A program made the position numbers and the translations under genes. Below are positions 27,725 to 48,030 of a DNA stretch of 64,000 nucleotides, one piece after another (positions within the stretch are counted from its first letter, which is position 1; every line of letters starts with the position of its first letter). Where the stretch lies: assembly GCA_964016885.1 (NCBI GenBank), contig OZ024740.1, positions 56,358,001-56,422,000 on the forward strand, written 5' to 3'. The stretch is from Eledone cirrhosa. Its lineage: Eukaryota. The notes beneath the pieces were generated by a model, which worked only from the letters and a program-made list of their open reading frames with translations, made no database searches and was not told the origin of the DNA.

Positions 27725-29179
27725 TCGTATATACTCGCGTATAGGTCGCACTTTTTAACGATAAATAAGTATAAATTTTTGGGGTGCGACCTATCCGATC
27801 GACATCAGACTGACCAATGATTTTTCATAGACTTAATCAACGATAGATATTTATAAAAATAACTTTGTTAATATTTTTTATTATTTAACATAATAATTTC
27901 ATATATCTACCTTCTTATACATATATTTCTTGATTTTAAATTTTTTACTAAAACTTCGTAGTGTTTACGTTTTTTTCTATCTGACCGAACCATCCGTCAT
28001 TAAAATCCATAGAAATGCATACCCGGTATTTAACATGTGATTTCATTGTCTTAGCGTTGCTATGAACACATATTGTGACGTATTTACTTTAACAGGAAAC
28101 AGAGTATTGCATGTGGTGTTCCTTTTCAAAATTACCAAATGAGAAAAGTTGAAAATTTTTTTATAATACACTGAGAAATATGAATTCCGGTAAGAGAAAA
28201 AGTTATCAAACAGTTCTCAAGTTAAATGTGGTTGGTTATGCAGAAGAATTTGGAAATAGATCAGCAGAAAGGGAGTTTGGAGTGTCAGAAAAGGTGGTGA
28301 GAGGTTGGAGGAAACAAAAAGACAAGCTGGGAGAAATACCTAAATCAATGAGAGCAGCAAGGTTTGGAGTATCACCATATTAAGATCTTGAAAAAGAGTT
28401 AAATGATATCAGGAAAAATGGACGCATTGTTACAAGACTTTCTATAAGAACGAAAGCCCTTCAACTTGCACCAAAGTACCACTTATCCCAATTTAAATCG
28501 TCAGCAGGGTGGGGCACCAGGTTTATGAATAGGTTTGGACTGACTCTTCGCCAAAAGACACGGTGTAAATGTTCCCAATATATAAGTTCATTAACAGGTG
28601 TGAACATGTATTGGTGTTGTATCTTTCAACCAAGTTGCTGTAATATTTTCGATGGTGTCCGTCAGATCTTCGCTTTTACTTTCAAAGTAACTACCATCGT
28701 CAGAAATAAATAAGTCTGATTCATTTGAAGATAAATCACTAATATTAACTTGTGTTTCTTTTCGAATGTCGTCGCATGTAAAATCTTCAAATGGGAAGCC
28801 ATGGGAAGCCATGTTGATACGCAAAATATCTGTTATACTTTCAACGTTAAAAAACACGTGTTATTTCAAGTTATTTCACTATATTAAGAGTTAATTTTCG
28901 CGCTTAAAGGCTTTATTTCGCAGTAATCTCGAATTGACGAGATTTCGATGACGTTAATGTTTAATTTATAAATAAAACATGGTTTGGAGTATATATCGCA
29001 ACGGCGAAGTAATGGAAAGCTAACAGATTACTAGTTTCAATTATCATAAAAAATAATATTTTGACGGCCCAAATTTCAGTGCGACCTATTTGCGAGTCAA
29101 TGACAAATAGCCTATTTGTTAAATGAAATGTGGGTATGCGACCTATCTGCCGGGGCGACCTATACGCGAGTATATACTG
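27725..29179 (+). mobile_element. pogo/Tigger-like DNA transposon, internally deleted
   Basis: TIRs GTATATACTCGCGTATAGGTCGC / GCGACCTATACGCGAGTATATAC in TA context. A Brinker-type HTH (RKSY..LKL.VV.YAEE.GNR.A.REFGVSEK.VR.WRKQK) is followed by a CENP-B HTH remnant (FK.SAGW..RFMNR.GL.LR), with an in-frame stop. Confidence 0.88.
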
Positions 29180-29188
29180 TATAAATAT

Positions 29189-34600
<5,412 letters not shown>

Positions 34601-34605
<5 letters not shown>

Positions 34606-37600
34606 GAGAATAGAGGAGAGGTGTTTCCTCAAAAACCAGTATGACTCTAAAAACCGGTTTGTCTGTGTGTTTACATACAGAATAGCTGGCCACTCACAGT
34701 AAAGTGACCAGTGAAAAAACTTGGTACACCTACATATGTATACGTGTGTGTATTCATATACATACTAGTATTTCAGTATACATATATGGATGTACATCTT
34801 TAACTTAATTGTTTAAGCGTCAGTCATACAAAAGTGAGTTACAAACGAAACGAAGTTTAATTTCGTTTCGTTATTTGTTTTTATCGTCTCCGTTGAACCG
34901 GTACTTACTCACACTCTATGCAAATTAGTCTGCCCACTACTAATTTTCATAGAAAAAGCATATAACGATATGTGCTTTTACGATTCTCTAGAGAGGCCGG
35001 AAGATAGGTAAATATTGCTGATGAGTTGTAACAACAACGAAACTAGTTCAATATTCCTTGTCTGGCTTTCTGGAGAATAGAGGAGAGGTGTTTCCTCAAA
35101 AACCAGTATGACTCTAAAAACCGGTTTGTCTGTGTGTTTACATACAGAATAGCTGGCCACTCACAGTAAAGTGACCAGTGAAAAAACTTGGTACACCTAC
35201 ATATGTATACGTGTGTGTATTCATATACATACTAGTATTTCAGTATACATATATGGATGTACATCTTTAACTTAATTGTTTAAGCGTCAGTCATACAAAA
35301 GTGAGTTACAAACGAAACGAAGTTTAATTTCGTTTCGTTATTTGTTTTTATCGTCTCCGTTGAACCGGTACTTACTCACACTCTATGCAAATTAGTCTGC
35401 CCACTACTAATTTTCATAGAAAAAGCATATAACGATATGTGCTTTTACGATTCTCTAGAGAGGCCGGAAGATAGGTAAATATTGCTGATGAGTTGTAACA
35501 ACAACGAAACTAGTTCAATATTCCTTGTCTGGCTTTCTGGAGAATAGAGGAGAGGTGTTTCCTCAAAAACCAGTATGACTCTAAAAACCGGTTTGTCTGT
35601 GTGTTTACATACAGAATAGCTGGCCACTCACAGTAAAGTGACCAGTGAAAAAACTTGGTACACCTACATATGTATACGTGTGTGTATTCATATACATACT
35701 AGTATTTCAGTATACATATATGGATGTACATCTTTAACTTAATTGTTTAAGCGTCAGTCATACAAAAGTGAGTTACAAACGAAACGAAGTTTAATTTCGT
35801 TTCGTTATTTGTTTTTATCGTCTCCGTTGAACCGGTACTTACTCACACTCTATGCAAATTAGTCTGCCCACTACTAATTTTCATAGAAAAAGCATATAAC
35901 GATATGTGCTTTTACGATTCTCTAGAGAGGCCGGAAGATAGGTAAATATTGCTGATGAGTTGTAACAACAACGAAACTAGTTCAATATTCCTTGTCTGGC
36001 TTTCTGGAGAATAGAGGAGAGGTGTTTCCTCAAAAACCAGTATGACTCTAAAAACCGGTTTGTCTGTGTGTTTACATACAGAATAGCTGGCCACTCACAG
36101 TAAAGTGACCAGTGAAAAAACTTGGTACACCTACATATGTATACGTGTGTGTATTCATATACATACTAGTATTTCAGTATACATATATGGATGTACATCT
36201 TTAACTTAATTGTTTAAGCGTCAGTCATACAAAAGTGAGTTACAAACGAAACGAAGTTTAATTTCGTTTCGTTATTTGTTTTTATCGTCTCCGTTGAACC
36301 GGTACTTACTCACACTCTATGCAAATTAGTCTGCCCACTACTAATTTTCATAGAAAAAGCATATAACGATATGTGCTTTTACGATTCTCTAGAGAGGCCG
36401 GAAGATAGGTAAATATTGCTGATGAGTTGTAACAACAACGAAACTAGTTCAATATTCCTTGTCTGGCTTTCTGGAGAATAGAGGAGAGGTGTTTCCTCAA
36501 AAACCAGTATGACTCTAAAAACCGGTTTGTCTGTGTGTTTACATACAGAATAGCTGGCCACTCACAGTAAAGTGACCAGTGAAAAAACTTGGTACACCTA
36601 CATATGTATACGTGTGTGTATTCATATACATACTAGTATTTCAGTATACATATATGGATGTACATCTTTAACTTAATTGTTTAAGCGTCAGTCATACAAA
36701 AGTGAGTTACAAACGAAACGAAGTTTAATTTCGTTTCGTTATTTGTTTTTATCGTCTCCGTTGAACCGGTACTTACTCACACTCTATGCAAATTAGTCTG
36801 CCCACTACTAATTTTCATAGAAAAAGCATATAACGATATGTGCTTTTACGATTCTCTAGAGAGGCCGGAAGATAGGTAAATATTGCTGATGAGTTGTAAC
36901 AACAACGAAACTAGTTCAATATTCCTTGTCTGGCTTTCTGGAGAATAGAGGAGAGGTGTTTCCTCAAAAACCAGTATGACTCTAAAAACCGGTTTGTCTG
37001 TGTGTTTACATACAGAATAGCTGGCCACTCACAGTAAAGTGACCAGTGAAAAAACTTGGTACACCTACATATGTATACGTGTGTGTATTCATATACATAC
37101 TAGTATTTCAGTATACATATATGGATGTACATCTTTAACTTAATTGTTTAAGCGTCAGTCATACAAAAGTGAGTTACAAACGAAACGAAGTTTAATTTCG
37201 TTTCGTTATTTGTTTTTATCGTCTCCGTTGAACCGGTACTTACTCACACTCTATGCAAATTAGTCTGCCCACTACTAATTTTCATAGAAAAAGCATATAA
37301 CGATATGTGCTTTTACGATTCTCTAGAGAGGCCGGAAGATAGGTAAATATTGCTGATGAGTTGTAACAACAACGAAACTAGTTCAATATTCCTTGTCTGG
37401 CTTTCTGGAGAATAGAGGAGAGGTGTTTCCTCAAAAACCAGTATGACTCTAAAAACCGGTTTGTCTGTGTGTTTACATACAGAATAGCTGGCCACTCACA
37501 GTAAAGTGACCAGTGAAAAAACTTGGTACACCTACATATGTATACGTGTGTGTATTCATATACATACTAGTATTTCAGTATACATATATGGATGTACATC

Positions 37601-40021
37601 TTTAACTTAATTGTTTAAGCGTCAGTCATACAAAAGTGAGTTACAAACGAAACGAAGTTTAATTTCGTTTCGTTATTTGTTTTTATCGTCTCCGTTGAAC
37701 CGGTACTTACTCACACTCTATGCAAATTAGTCTGCCCACTACTAATTTTCATAGAAAAAGCATATAACGATATGTGCTTTTACGATTCTCTAGAGAGGCC
37801 GGAAGATAGGTAAATATTGCTGATGAGTTGTAACAACAACGAAACTAGTTCAATATTCCTTGTCTGGCTTTCTGGAGAATAGAGGAGAGGTGTTTCCTCA
37901 AAAACCAGTATGACTCTAAAAACCGGTTTGTCTGTGTGTTTACATACAGAATAGCTGGCCACTCACAGTAAAGTGACCAGTGAAAAAACTTGGTACACCT
38001 ACATATGTATACGTGTGTGTATTCATATACATACTAGTATTTCAGTATACATATATGGATGTACATCTTTAACTTAATTGTTTAAGCGTCAGTCATACAA
38101 AAGTGAGTTACAAACGAAACGAAGTTTAATTTCGTTTCGTTATTTGTTTTTATCGTCTCCGTTGAACCGGTACTTACTCACACTCTATGCAAATTAGTCT
38201 GCCCACTACTAATTTTCATAGAAAAAGCATATAACGATATGTGCTTTTACGATTCTCTAGAGAGGCCGGAAGATAGGTAAATATTGCTGATGAGTTGTAA
38301 CAACAACGAAACTAGTTCAATATTCCTTGTCTGGCTTTCTGGAGAATAGAGGAGAGGTGTTTCCTCAAAAACCAGTATGACTCTAAAAACCGGTTTGTCT
38401 GTGTGTTTACATACAGAATAGCTGGCCACTCACAGTAAAGTGACCAGTGAAAAAACTTGGTACACCTACATATGTATACGTGTGTGTATTCATATACATA
38501 CTAGTATTTCAGTATACATATATGGATGTACATCTTTAACTTAATTGTTTAAGCGTCAGTCATACAAAAGTGAGTTACAAACGAAACGAAGTTTAATTTC
38601 GTTTCGTTATTTGTTTTTATCGTCTCCGTTGAACCGGTACTTACTCACACTCTATGCAAATTAGTCTGCCCACTACTAATTTTCATAGAAAAAGCATATA
38701 ACGATATGTGCTTTTACGATTCTCTAGAGAGGCCGGAAGATAGGTAAATATTGCTGATGAGTTGTAACAACAACGAAACTAGTTCAATATTCCTTGTCTG
38801 GCTTTCTGGAGAATAGAGGAGAGGTGTTTCCTCAAAAACCAGTATGACTCTAAAAACCGGTTTGTCTGTGTGTTTACATACAGAATAGCTGGCCACTCAC
38901 AGTAAAGTGACCAGTGAAAAAACTTGGTACACCTACATATGTATACGTGTGTGTATTCATATACATACTAGTATTTCAGTATACATATATGGATGTACAT
39001 CTTTAACTTAATTGTTTAAGCGTCAGTCATACAAAAGTGAGTTACAAACGAAACGAAGTTTAATTTCGTTTCGTTATTTGTTTTTATCGTCTCCGTTGAA
39101 CCGGTACTTACTCACACTCTATGCAAATTAGTCTGCCCACTACTAATTTTCATAGAAAAAGCATATAACGATATGTGCTTTTACGATTCTCTAGAGAGGC
39201 CGGAAGATAGGTAAATATTGCTGATGAGTTGTAACAACAACGAAACTAGTTCAATATTCCTTGTCTGGCTTTCTGGAGAATAGAGGAGAGGTGTTTCCTC
39301 AAAAACCAGTATGACTCTAAAAAACGGTTTGTCTGTGTGTTTACATACAGAATAGCTGGCCACTCACAGTAAAGTGACCAGTGAAAAAACTTGGTACACC
39401 TACATATGTATACGTGTGTGTATTCATATACATACTAGTATTTCAGTATACATATATGGATGTACATCTTTAACTTAATTGTTTAAGCGTCAGTCATACA
39501 AAAGTGAGTTACAAACGAAACGAAGTTTAATTTCGTTTCGTTATTTGTTTTTATCGTCTCCGTTGAACCGGTACTTACTCACACTCTATGCAAATTAGTC
39601 TGCCCACTACTAATTTTCATAGAAAAAGCATATAACGATATGTGCTTTTACGATTCTCTAGAGAGGCCGGAAGATAGGTAAATATTGCTGATGAGTTGTA
39701 ACAACAACGAAACTAGTTCAATATTCCTTGTCTGGCTTTCTGGAGAATAGAGGAGAGGTGTTTCCTCAAAAACCAGTATGACTCTAAAAACCGGTTTGTC
39801 TGTGTGTTTACATACAGAATAGCTGGCCACTCACAGTAAAGTGACCAGTGAAAAAACTTGGTACACCTACATATGTATACGTGTGTGTATTCATATACAT
39901 ACTAGTATTTCAGTATACATATATGGATGTACATCTTTAACTTAATTGTTTAAGCGTCAGTCATACAAAAGTGAGTTACAAACGAAACGAAGTTTAATTT
40001 CGTTTCGTTATTTGTTTTTAT
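34601..40021 (+). repeat. right arm of 467-bp tandem array (~11.6 units), inverted relative to left arm, HHR on plus strand
   Basis: Reverse complement of the left-arm unit. 467-bp periodicity (ORF hits 34978...39648). Ends in (TA)n. Confidence 0.97.
35011..35055 (+). ncRNA. minimal type I hammerhead ribozyme (first of 11 copies at 35011+467n)
   Basis: AATATTG-CTGATGA-GTTG taacaa CAAC-GAAA-CTAG-TT-CAATATT. Stem I is 7 bp, stem II is 4 bp, stem III is the palindrome ACTAGT, the core is intact, and the predicted cleavage triplet is GUU. Confidence 0.88.
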
Positions 40022-40631
40022 ATATATATTGTTATACTTTGTTATATATATGAATAAAATTGTATCCCATCTGCAACAACGCAGCACGCCAGTTTTCATT
40101 TATATTTTTGCCTCCGCTGTGACCAGTCTGTTTCTTTCTTACTGCTATCCTCTTTCTCTCCCACTGTATCTCTCACCTTCATTTCACTCCTCTGCCACTC
40201 ACTCTCTCTCAGCTGGCCTCTTCCTCGCACGTTCACTCACTCACTCTCTGCTACTCCCCTCTCTCACTTCCTCGCGTCTGACCTGTGTGAAATCCTTTTC
40301 TCGCTTACATCTCACATGGCTCGGACGCGTCTGTGTCTCTCCTCTTCCATGATTTGATCGAACTTAAGTTCACAGATATCACGGACTTGTTTCCCCCCTT
40401 CCTATCTTTCCGTTGCATTACCATCTCTGTTTGTTTACATGTCTCGCTCGCTTCACCCTATTCTACGTGTCCCAGTAACTTTTTAAAATTATTGCTCGCA
40501 CCAGCCAGAGGTATATGATCTTTAATGCGAAGAAATACGAATGACGGCTGGAAGATCACTGATGACGCTTCTTCTCGCTCTAATTTTATTCATATGTATC
40601 CCATTTGCAACAACGCAGCACGCCATTTTTC

Positions 40632-40717
<86 letters not shown>

Positions 40718-41371
40718 ATACTAGGGGAAGGTCATATTTGTGTAATAATACTTGTGTAATAATATTGCCAGAATTAATAACAGAACACACTCACTGTTTG
40801 GTTGGTTTTCGCTTCTGTGTCTTTTATATCGGTTAATTTAATTTATTCGGTCCTCAATGTTACTATTGACTGACCAACGGTCAGAAATACAGATACAATA
40901 TAGACACAAACACATATATATATTCTAACGAAGTTATTTCGTTGCACATCTGCAACATCGTCAGTGGTGCTATTATGTTTCCTCCTGTTGTATTGTATGC
41001 CTACGCCATATTTATTTCGTCTGTTTATTTTTTTTTTTGTCTTCTCTGCTCATGCGTTTGCGTGTGTGTATAGTGTTTGATGTGTGTTCGTGTTTGGGTG
41101 ACTGTGTATTGGTTATTGTATTCTATCTTAGTTTACTAGTGTGTGTTTATATGTGTTTTTTGTTATTGTGCTTGTGTATGTATTTATTTATTTATTTATA
41201 CTTCTCTTAGGCCAGTATTGTTTGTTTGGGTGTTGTTGTTATTCCATTCATTTTTTCTGTTTAGCCTAGGCCTTCTAAGTTCTATTTCGCTGGCCTCTCT
41301 GATTTGCCTATCTGCTGGGTCATTTCTATGTTTAGATATTATTCTAATTTCTATGTTGTCTATGTTACCGG

Positions 41372-41584
41372 TAAAGACAGGTTAATTTTAAGGCCTTTTG
41401 ATTCTAGGCCATGCTTCCATGTTTGGAATTTCTTCTCTAGTTCGGCCATTGATTCAGCTATGAGCGTTAGATCATCTGCGTATAGGAGTTCCCATGGGCA
41501 GCCCGTCTTGAACTCCACTGTTATAGCCTGAAGGGCAATAATAAATAGTAGGGGGCTAAGAACGGAGCCCTGATGAACACCAAC

Positions 41585-41587
<3 letters not shown>
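41372..41587 (-). mobile_element. RTE-clade LINE RT core fragment
   Basis: VGVHQGSVLSPLLF...WELLYADDL. Confidence 0.88.
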
Positions 41588-41621
<34 letters not shown>

Positions 41622-42133
41622 ATTAAATAAATGGAAAGTATATTTATAAAACCATATTTATTTCATTATATATATTTCGGGGATATCATATTAACAATAT
41701 GCTATGCCTTCCTCAGACAAAATACAATATAAACAGTTTTATAGATAAATAGATTCGACATACCGTTATAACACCGACTTCCATTTGAAGAGATTTAAGC
41801 TGGCAGTTTGTATTTTGTCTGAGGAAGGCATAGCATATTGTTAATATGATATCCCCGAAATATATATAATGAAATAAATATGGTTTTATAAATATACTTT
41901 CCATTTATTTAATATTGTAAATATACTCCAAATATTTGTCGAGTGCTTTTATATCAGTTATAAATATTTACTAGTTGTAACCCAACAATTTTAAATATAA
42001 CTTTCCATATATATATATATATATATATAAACACTTAAATTGGGTTATACTAACATATAACCTAATGTTTGTTGAGTGAGATGGTTACCAGTCGGAGTTT
42101 AGCTTTAAGCTATCTCTGTTATTGTATTATATA

Positions 42134-42247
<114 letters not shown>

Positions 42248-42996
42248 CATATATATATATATATATATAGTAATAATAATAAATTTGAAGACTAAAATCC
42301 AAAGAGGGCTCGATAAGGAGAAATATATATCAAATATATAAGAACCGTAGAGCAAAAATTTATTAAAATAACAGATTAAAGTTTAAGCAAATAATCGCTG
42401 CTTTCACCCTTTACGGGATCTTCTGAAACTAACAAAGTCAATCTGTAAACGAAGAAGTGGATATTTCAAAAAACGTTGCAACCGGAGGAAGAGAGGAAGA
42501 CGATACTTTGGTTCGTGGAAACGTTCCCTAGCAAAGAACGGGAAAAAACGAATATAATACGTCATTAAAAGGAGCGGTGAAAAACAATTACACGCTAAGA
42601 CAGAACCACGTTTATGGTATAAAAGAAGTCGTAGACTTATGTTCTCTTAGGTGGTTCATAGAGACGTTCTCTGGCGATGAACGAAAAAAAACGAAGATAA
42701 TACGACTTCTTTTATACCATAAACGTGGTTCTGTCTTTGTGTGTAATTGTTTTTCATCGCTCCTTTTAATGACGTATTATATTCGTTTTTTCCCGTTCTT
42801 TGCCAGTGAACGTTTCCACGAACCAAAGTATCGTCTTCCTGTCTTCCTCCGGTTGCAACGTTTTTTGAAATATCCACTTCTGCGTTGACAGATTGACTTT
42901 GTTAGTTTCAGAAGATCCCGTTAAGGGTGAAAGCAGCGATTCTTTGCTTAAACTTTAATCTGTTATTTTAATATATATATATATATATAAATACTA

Positions 42997-43085
<89 letters not shown>

Positions 43086-43235
43086 TGTTATACTTTGGGA
43101 GGATCATGTTGCCAATAAGAAACACACGCACCAGTAGCTTTAACTTCAATTTATTATAATAAATTTATAAATTTAGGAATTTATAAATTTCCGGTTGGTT
43201 GGTTGCTTCCACAACCAGATGATTGTTTATATATT

Positions 43236-43278
43236 GTCAAAGTTCTTTCGTCACACATTCTGTGACCTCTTCAGTGAC
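43236..43278 (-). ncRNA. type I hammerhead ribozyme motif
   Basis: Minus strand GTCA-CTGAAGA-gGTCACA gaatg TGTGAC-GAAA-gaac-TT-TGAC. Confidence 0.62.
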
Positions 43279-43348
43279 TGGGGATTCTTTTCTTTGTTTT
43301 TGTGCCTCTCCTTTGTTCTGTCCTACGTCATCTTGTTTTGAAAAACAA

Positions 43349-44382
43349 GAGGAGTTTAAGACTGGCTGTCCATGGGAACTTCTCTATGCTGACGATCTGG
43401 TTCTTATAGCAGAATCAGTAGAGCAGCTAGAGAATAAATTCTGGCTATGGAAACAGCAGTTGGAAGCAAGAGGACTGAGAGTGAACCTAGCTAAGACAAA
43501 AGTGTTGATGAGTAGAAAAGAGGACAAAACCCTGATTCCGTCAGGGAAATGGCCATGTTCGATATGCAGAAAAGGAACTGGCATAAATTCTATAAAATGC
43601 ACGCAATGCAGATCCTGGGTACACAAGAGATGTAGCGGGATAGCAGGCAAACTAACAGGTAGGGAGAAATGTGTATGCAGTAGATGTACAGGGAAATTAG
43701 ACAGTAGAAGTCGCATTGATAGACACATTTTTCAAATGCAGGAGGGTGCTATAGAAGTGGTGGATAGCTTCCGGTACCTTTGAGATCAGATTAGCATGGG
43801 AGGAGGGTGTTCCGAGGCCATAGTATCTAGAATAAGGACGAGTTGGAAGAAGTTTAGGGAGCTGCTTCCTCTATTGACGAAGAAGGGTTTCTCCCTGCGT
43901 ACGAAAGACCGGTTGTATGATGCCTGTGTGAGGAGCGCAATGCTGCATGGTAGTGAGACATGGGCAGCAACTACAGAGGATATGCGACGGCTGGAGAGAA
44001 ATGAGGCAAGCATGCTCCGTTGGATGTGCGTGAATGACCCAGCATGAATGTGTTGAGAGAGAAACTGTGTCTGAGAGGGATAGAATGTAGTGTACGGGAG
44101 AGGAGACTAACGTGGTATGGACATGTGATTCGCATGGAGGATGACCGATGGGTGAAGAAGTGTCAGGAAATGCCAGTTGAAGGAAGACGTGGTAGAGGTA
44201 GACCACGAACAACTTGGGCGGAGGTGGTGAGAACAGACCTCAGATCATTGAAGCTCACGTTGGAGATGACGAAGAACTGTGACGAGTGGAGAGATGCTGT
44301 GCTGAATAAGACCCGTCTCACCCTTGCAAGCAGGGAAAAGCGGACGTAAAAATGATGATGATGATGATGATGATTGTGATGA
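43349..44382 (+). mobile_element. RTE-clade LINE, 5'-truncated, with (GAT)n tail
   Basis: WELLYADDLVL, GLRVNLAKTK, Cys-rich insert, FRYL, LHGSETWA, WYGHVIRM and GRGRPR.TW; stops and frameshift present. Confidence 0.92.
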
Positions 44383-44389
44383 TATACAC

Positions 44390-44467
<78 letters not shown>

Positions 44468-44471
<4 letters not shown>

Positions 44472-44806
44472 GTTTCTACTTTTGGCACAAGGCCAGCAAT
44501 TACTCAGTGTATTACTGGTACTTTATTTTATCGACCCCGTAAGGATGAAAGGTAAAGTTAACCTCGGCGGGATTTGAACTCAGAATGGCAAGGGCCGTAA
44601 CTCTATGCGTCAAAGCATAGTATCCGACCCTCTACTGATACTGCCAGTCCACCTTTCAAGGATTTACACAAGTCCAGCCTCCTGTCATTTCATTATAATT
44701 GTTTCTACCTTAGGCACAAGGCCAGCAAATACCCAGTGCATTACTGGTACTTTATTTTATCGACCCCGTAAGGATGAAAGGCAAAGTCAACCTCGGCGGG
44801 ATTTGA
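44468..44806 (-). mobile_element. two SINE copies
   Basis: Same family as 3594. Confidence 0.85.
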
Positions 44807-44906
<100 letters not shown>

Positions 44907-45404
44907 TAAATCTACCAAAAGTTTACGGTTGTGTCCAATCCGTATGAAGAACTCAATGTAATCCGGATATCATGAAAAGAGAAGATGCATTCAAAAACTA
45001 CTTTCGGCGAAAAATAAACGGAAAACAGAGTCAAGATAAAATATTAAAAAAATAATGAATAAACAAAGAAACAGTTCCTTATATTAAAAAAATTCATTAT
45101 TTTACGATCGTTTCTAGGATATATATGTGTTAGAGTTGGTATGCATATTCTATAGATCTATGTACAATATTTATACAAACTATCAGAGGGAATATACATA
45201 CCTTCACATATATATGCTGTCTTCAGAAGACAGCATATATATGTGAAGGTATGTATATTCCCTCTGATAGTTTGTATAAATATTGTACATAGATCTATAG
45301 AATATGCATACCAACTCTAACACATATATATCCTAGAAACGATCGTAAAATAATGAATTTTTTAATATAAGGAACTGTTTCTTTGTTTATTCATTATTTT
45401 TTAA

Positions 45405-45489
<85 letters not shown>

Positions 45490-45491
<2 letters not shown>

Positions 45492-45785
45492 AAGGCGGGT
45501 AAAATTCCCGAGATCCATGGACGAGTTCTCTCCAGCGGTCTCTGTCCCTCATTATCGCTGCCATATCCTGCATCTCCAACAGACCGGTGTCTGTCCTTAG
45601 GGCATCAACATATGTTAACCTTGGTCTTCCTCTTCTAGTGTGTCCATGTAGGGGCTCCCAAAGGTGAACTGAGTGCAATGTCAACTCTGGATGTCGGTGA
45701 GCATGTCCAGCCAACCTCAGTCTCCTCTGTGTCACTTTTGAGCTGACTTTTGGGATGCTCCCATACAGCTCTGAGTTTTTCATCA
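45490..45785 (-). mobile_element. RTE-like LINE 3' fragment
   Basis: RRLRLAGHAHRH...LWEP.HG..RRGRPRLTY.D.L..DTG. Confidence 0.8.
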
Positions 45786-47935
45786 TATATATAGTAATAA
45801 TAATAAATTTGAAGACTAAAATCCAAAGAGGGCTCGATAAGGAAAATATATATCAAATATATAAGAACCGTAGAGCAAATATTTATTAAAATAACAGATT
45901 AAAGTTTAAGCAAAGAATCGCTGCTTTCACCCTAACGGGATCTTCTGAAACTAACAAAGTCAATCTGTAAACGCAGAACTGGATATTTCAAAAAACGTTG
46001 CAACCGGAGGAAGACAGGAAGACGATACTTTGGTTCGTGGTAACGTTCGCTGGCAAAGAACGGGAAAAAACGAATAATACGTCATTAATAGGAGCGGTGA
46101 AAAACAATTACGCGCAAAGACAGAACCACGTTTATGGTATAAAAGAGGTCGTAGACTAATGTTCTCTTAGGTGGTGCATAGAGACGTTCTCTGGCAATGA
46201 ACGAAAAAACGAAGATAATAAGTCATATGTGGAGCGTGGAGAACAATAGCACGCAAAGACAAAATCACGTAAATGGTAAGCAGAAGTCGTAGACTAAAAT
46301 TCTAACTAGGAGACCAAATGAATCTCCGCTACAGAGTTAAGAACAAAGTAAATAAATACAATACAGAAGTAATAGAAACAAATAAATACATACACGCAAA
46401 CAGATACGTACATACACAAGCATACGCAAAACCTTACCATAGGTATACAAAACCACGCACATATAAATATGTGTGTGTGTGTGTATGCTTGTGTACAAAT
46501 AAATAAATAATTATATAAACGTATATAAGTAAATAAATACATATATAACATATATAAGGGTGAAAGCAGCGATTCTTTGCTTAAACTTTAATCTGTTATT
46601 TTAATAAATATATATATGGCACCCTTAACTCACAGTTGGGTGCGGATGCATTCATGTATATATGTGTGTGTCCGCATGTATCTGTGTGTTTCTAAATATA
46701 TTAATAACTCCCTCTGGTCGAGCAATCTTTGAAGTGTGGGGACAACTGGAAAGCTTCCATTACTCATACTTCTCGCCTTCTTCACTACCTCTTCTACGGC
46801 CTCGATATGAATACCCCCTCCGCCTCCGTGGTATTTTCTTCGTGGTTATAAGAGGCTTAGCTCTGTTTCTCGACCGTTATATCGCGTGACTATCTCCCCC
46901 TCCGCCTTTTGGGATTCTTTCTCACGTCGTGTAGACGCGTTCTTGAGACTAGTAAAATGAGGTATCCTCTTGATAAGTTGGCAGACCTCGCAAGGACTCT
47001 ATATTTTTGATATATTGTTTTTGTTTATGCCACGAAACTACGTAGTCGAGGAATTTAGGAGCAGTTTAGGTATGATACATTTTATTACTAATTATATCTA
47101 AATGTTTCTTCTCTCTTCATAATATATATATATATATATATATATAACGAAGGAAATGTGGTAAGGAACCAGGTGGACCATAACGCACCAGGGGGGGGGG
47201 GGGGATTCTGAATTAATTTTCCGTATCAAATTTTTCATATACTTCGTACGAGCTTTTATGTAGTTTGCACTAGAATTTCTGAATCGTAGCAGCACCCTTA
47301 GAGATAGTATTAGTATTTTTTTTCGGGATTCTGAATTATTATTTCGTATTAGTTTATTTTTTGCACTGGGTGGTTGCTGGCCTTGTGTCTAGGGTAGAAA
47401 CCATTATTTCGTATTAGTCTCGGGACTCTGAATTATTATTTTGTGGTAGTTTCTTTAGTATTTTGGCCCCCCACTTGTTGACCCGTCACCGTGAGATATA
47501 CTCGGTTGATTACTACTACCTCTTAAAAGGGTCTCATTATAATTCCGTCAAACCTAGTAAACCTTTCTTTAGTCTAGCAGTACCAGTGAGAGACTTGATA
47601 GCTGTCCTTAGGTTATAGTAACCAGAAATTGTTTTTTTCTATATTTAATTGTGTTTTTTTTAACATTCGCGGTATTTTTCTATATATTTACCCCATATTG
47701 TTTTACTTATTGTTTCGACATTTCCCCCTCCCTAGTATACTTCCTTGACCTCCGGCCCTGCTGTAGTTGGCAGTATCAACACACGACTGGGTTTCCTCCA
47801 CCCCCTCTCCCTCTTTCTTCTACTGGCAGGTTCAGCTACCCCTTCCTTCCACAAATTGCCATGATAGAATTATGTGTCTCAACAACAAACTTTTGACCAG
47901 TCCTTGTGACAATCACTTTTACCATATATGGAATT

Positions 47936-48030
47936 ATGCCCTGAGAAGCTCGGCTATTCATATACCAGGATAAAAATGTTCATTTAGTCCAGAATTAGCC
48001 GTCGAAACGGCTTGAGCTCAGCCGTCGGTG
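47936..48030 (+). ncRNA. variant hammerhead-like motif with long stem II (related copies near 11655-11735, 19200-19235, 27070-27110)
   Basis: ATGCC-CTGAGAAG-ctCGGCTA...TAGCCGtc-GAAA-CGGCT tgagctc AGCCG-TC-GGTGT. Stem III and the GUC triplet are strong, but the 5' core box is non-canonical. Confidence 0.45.
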
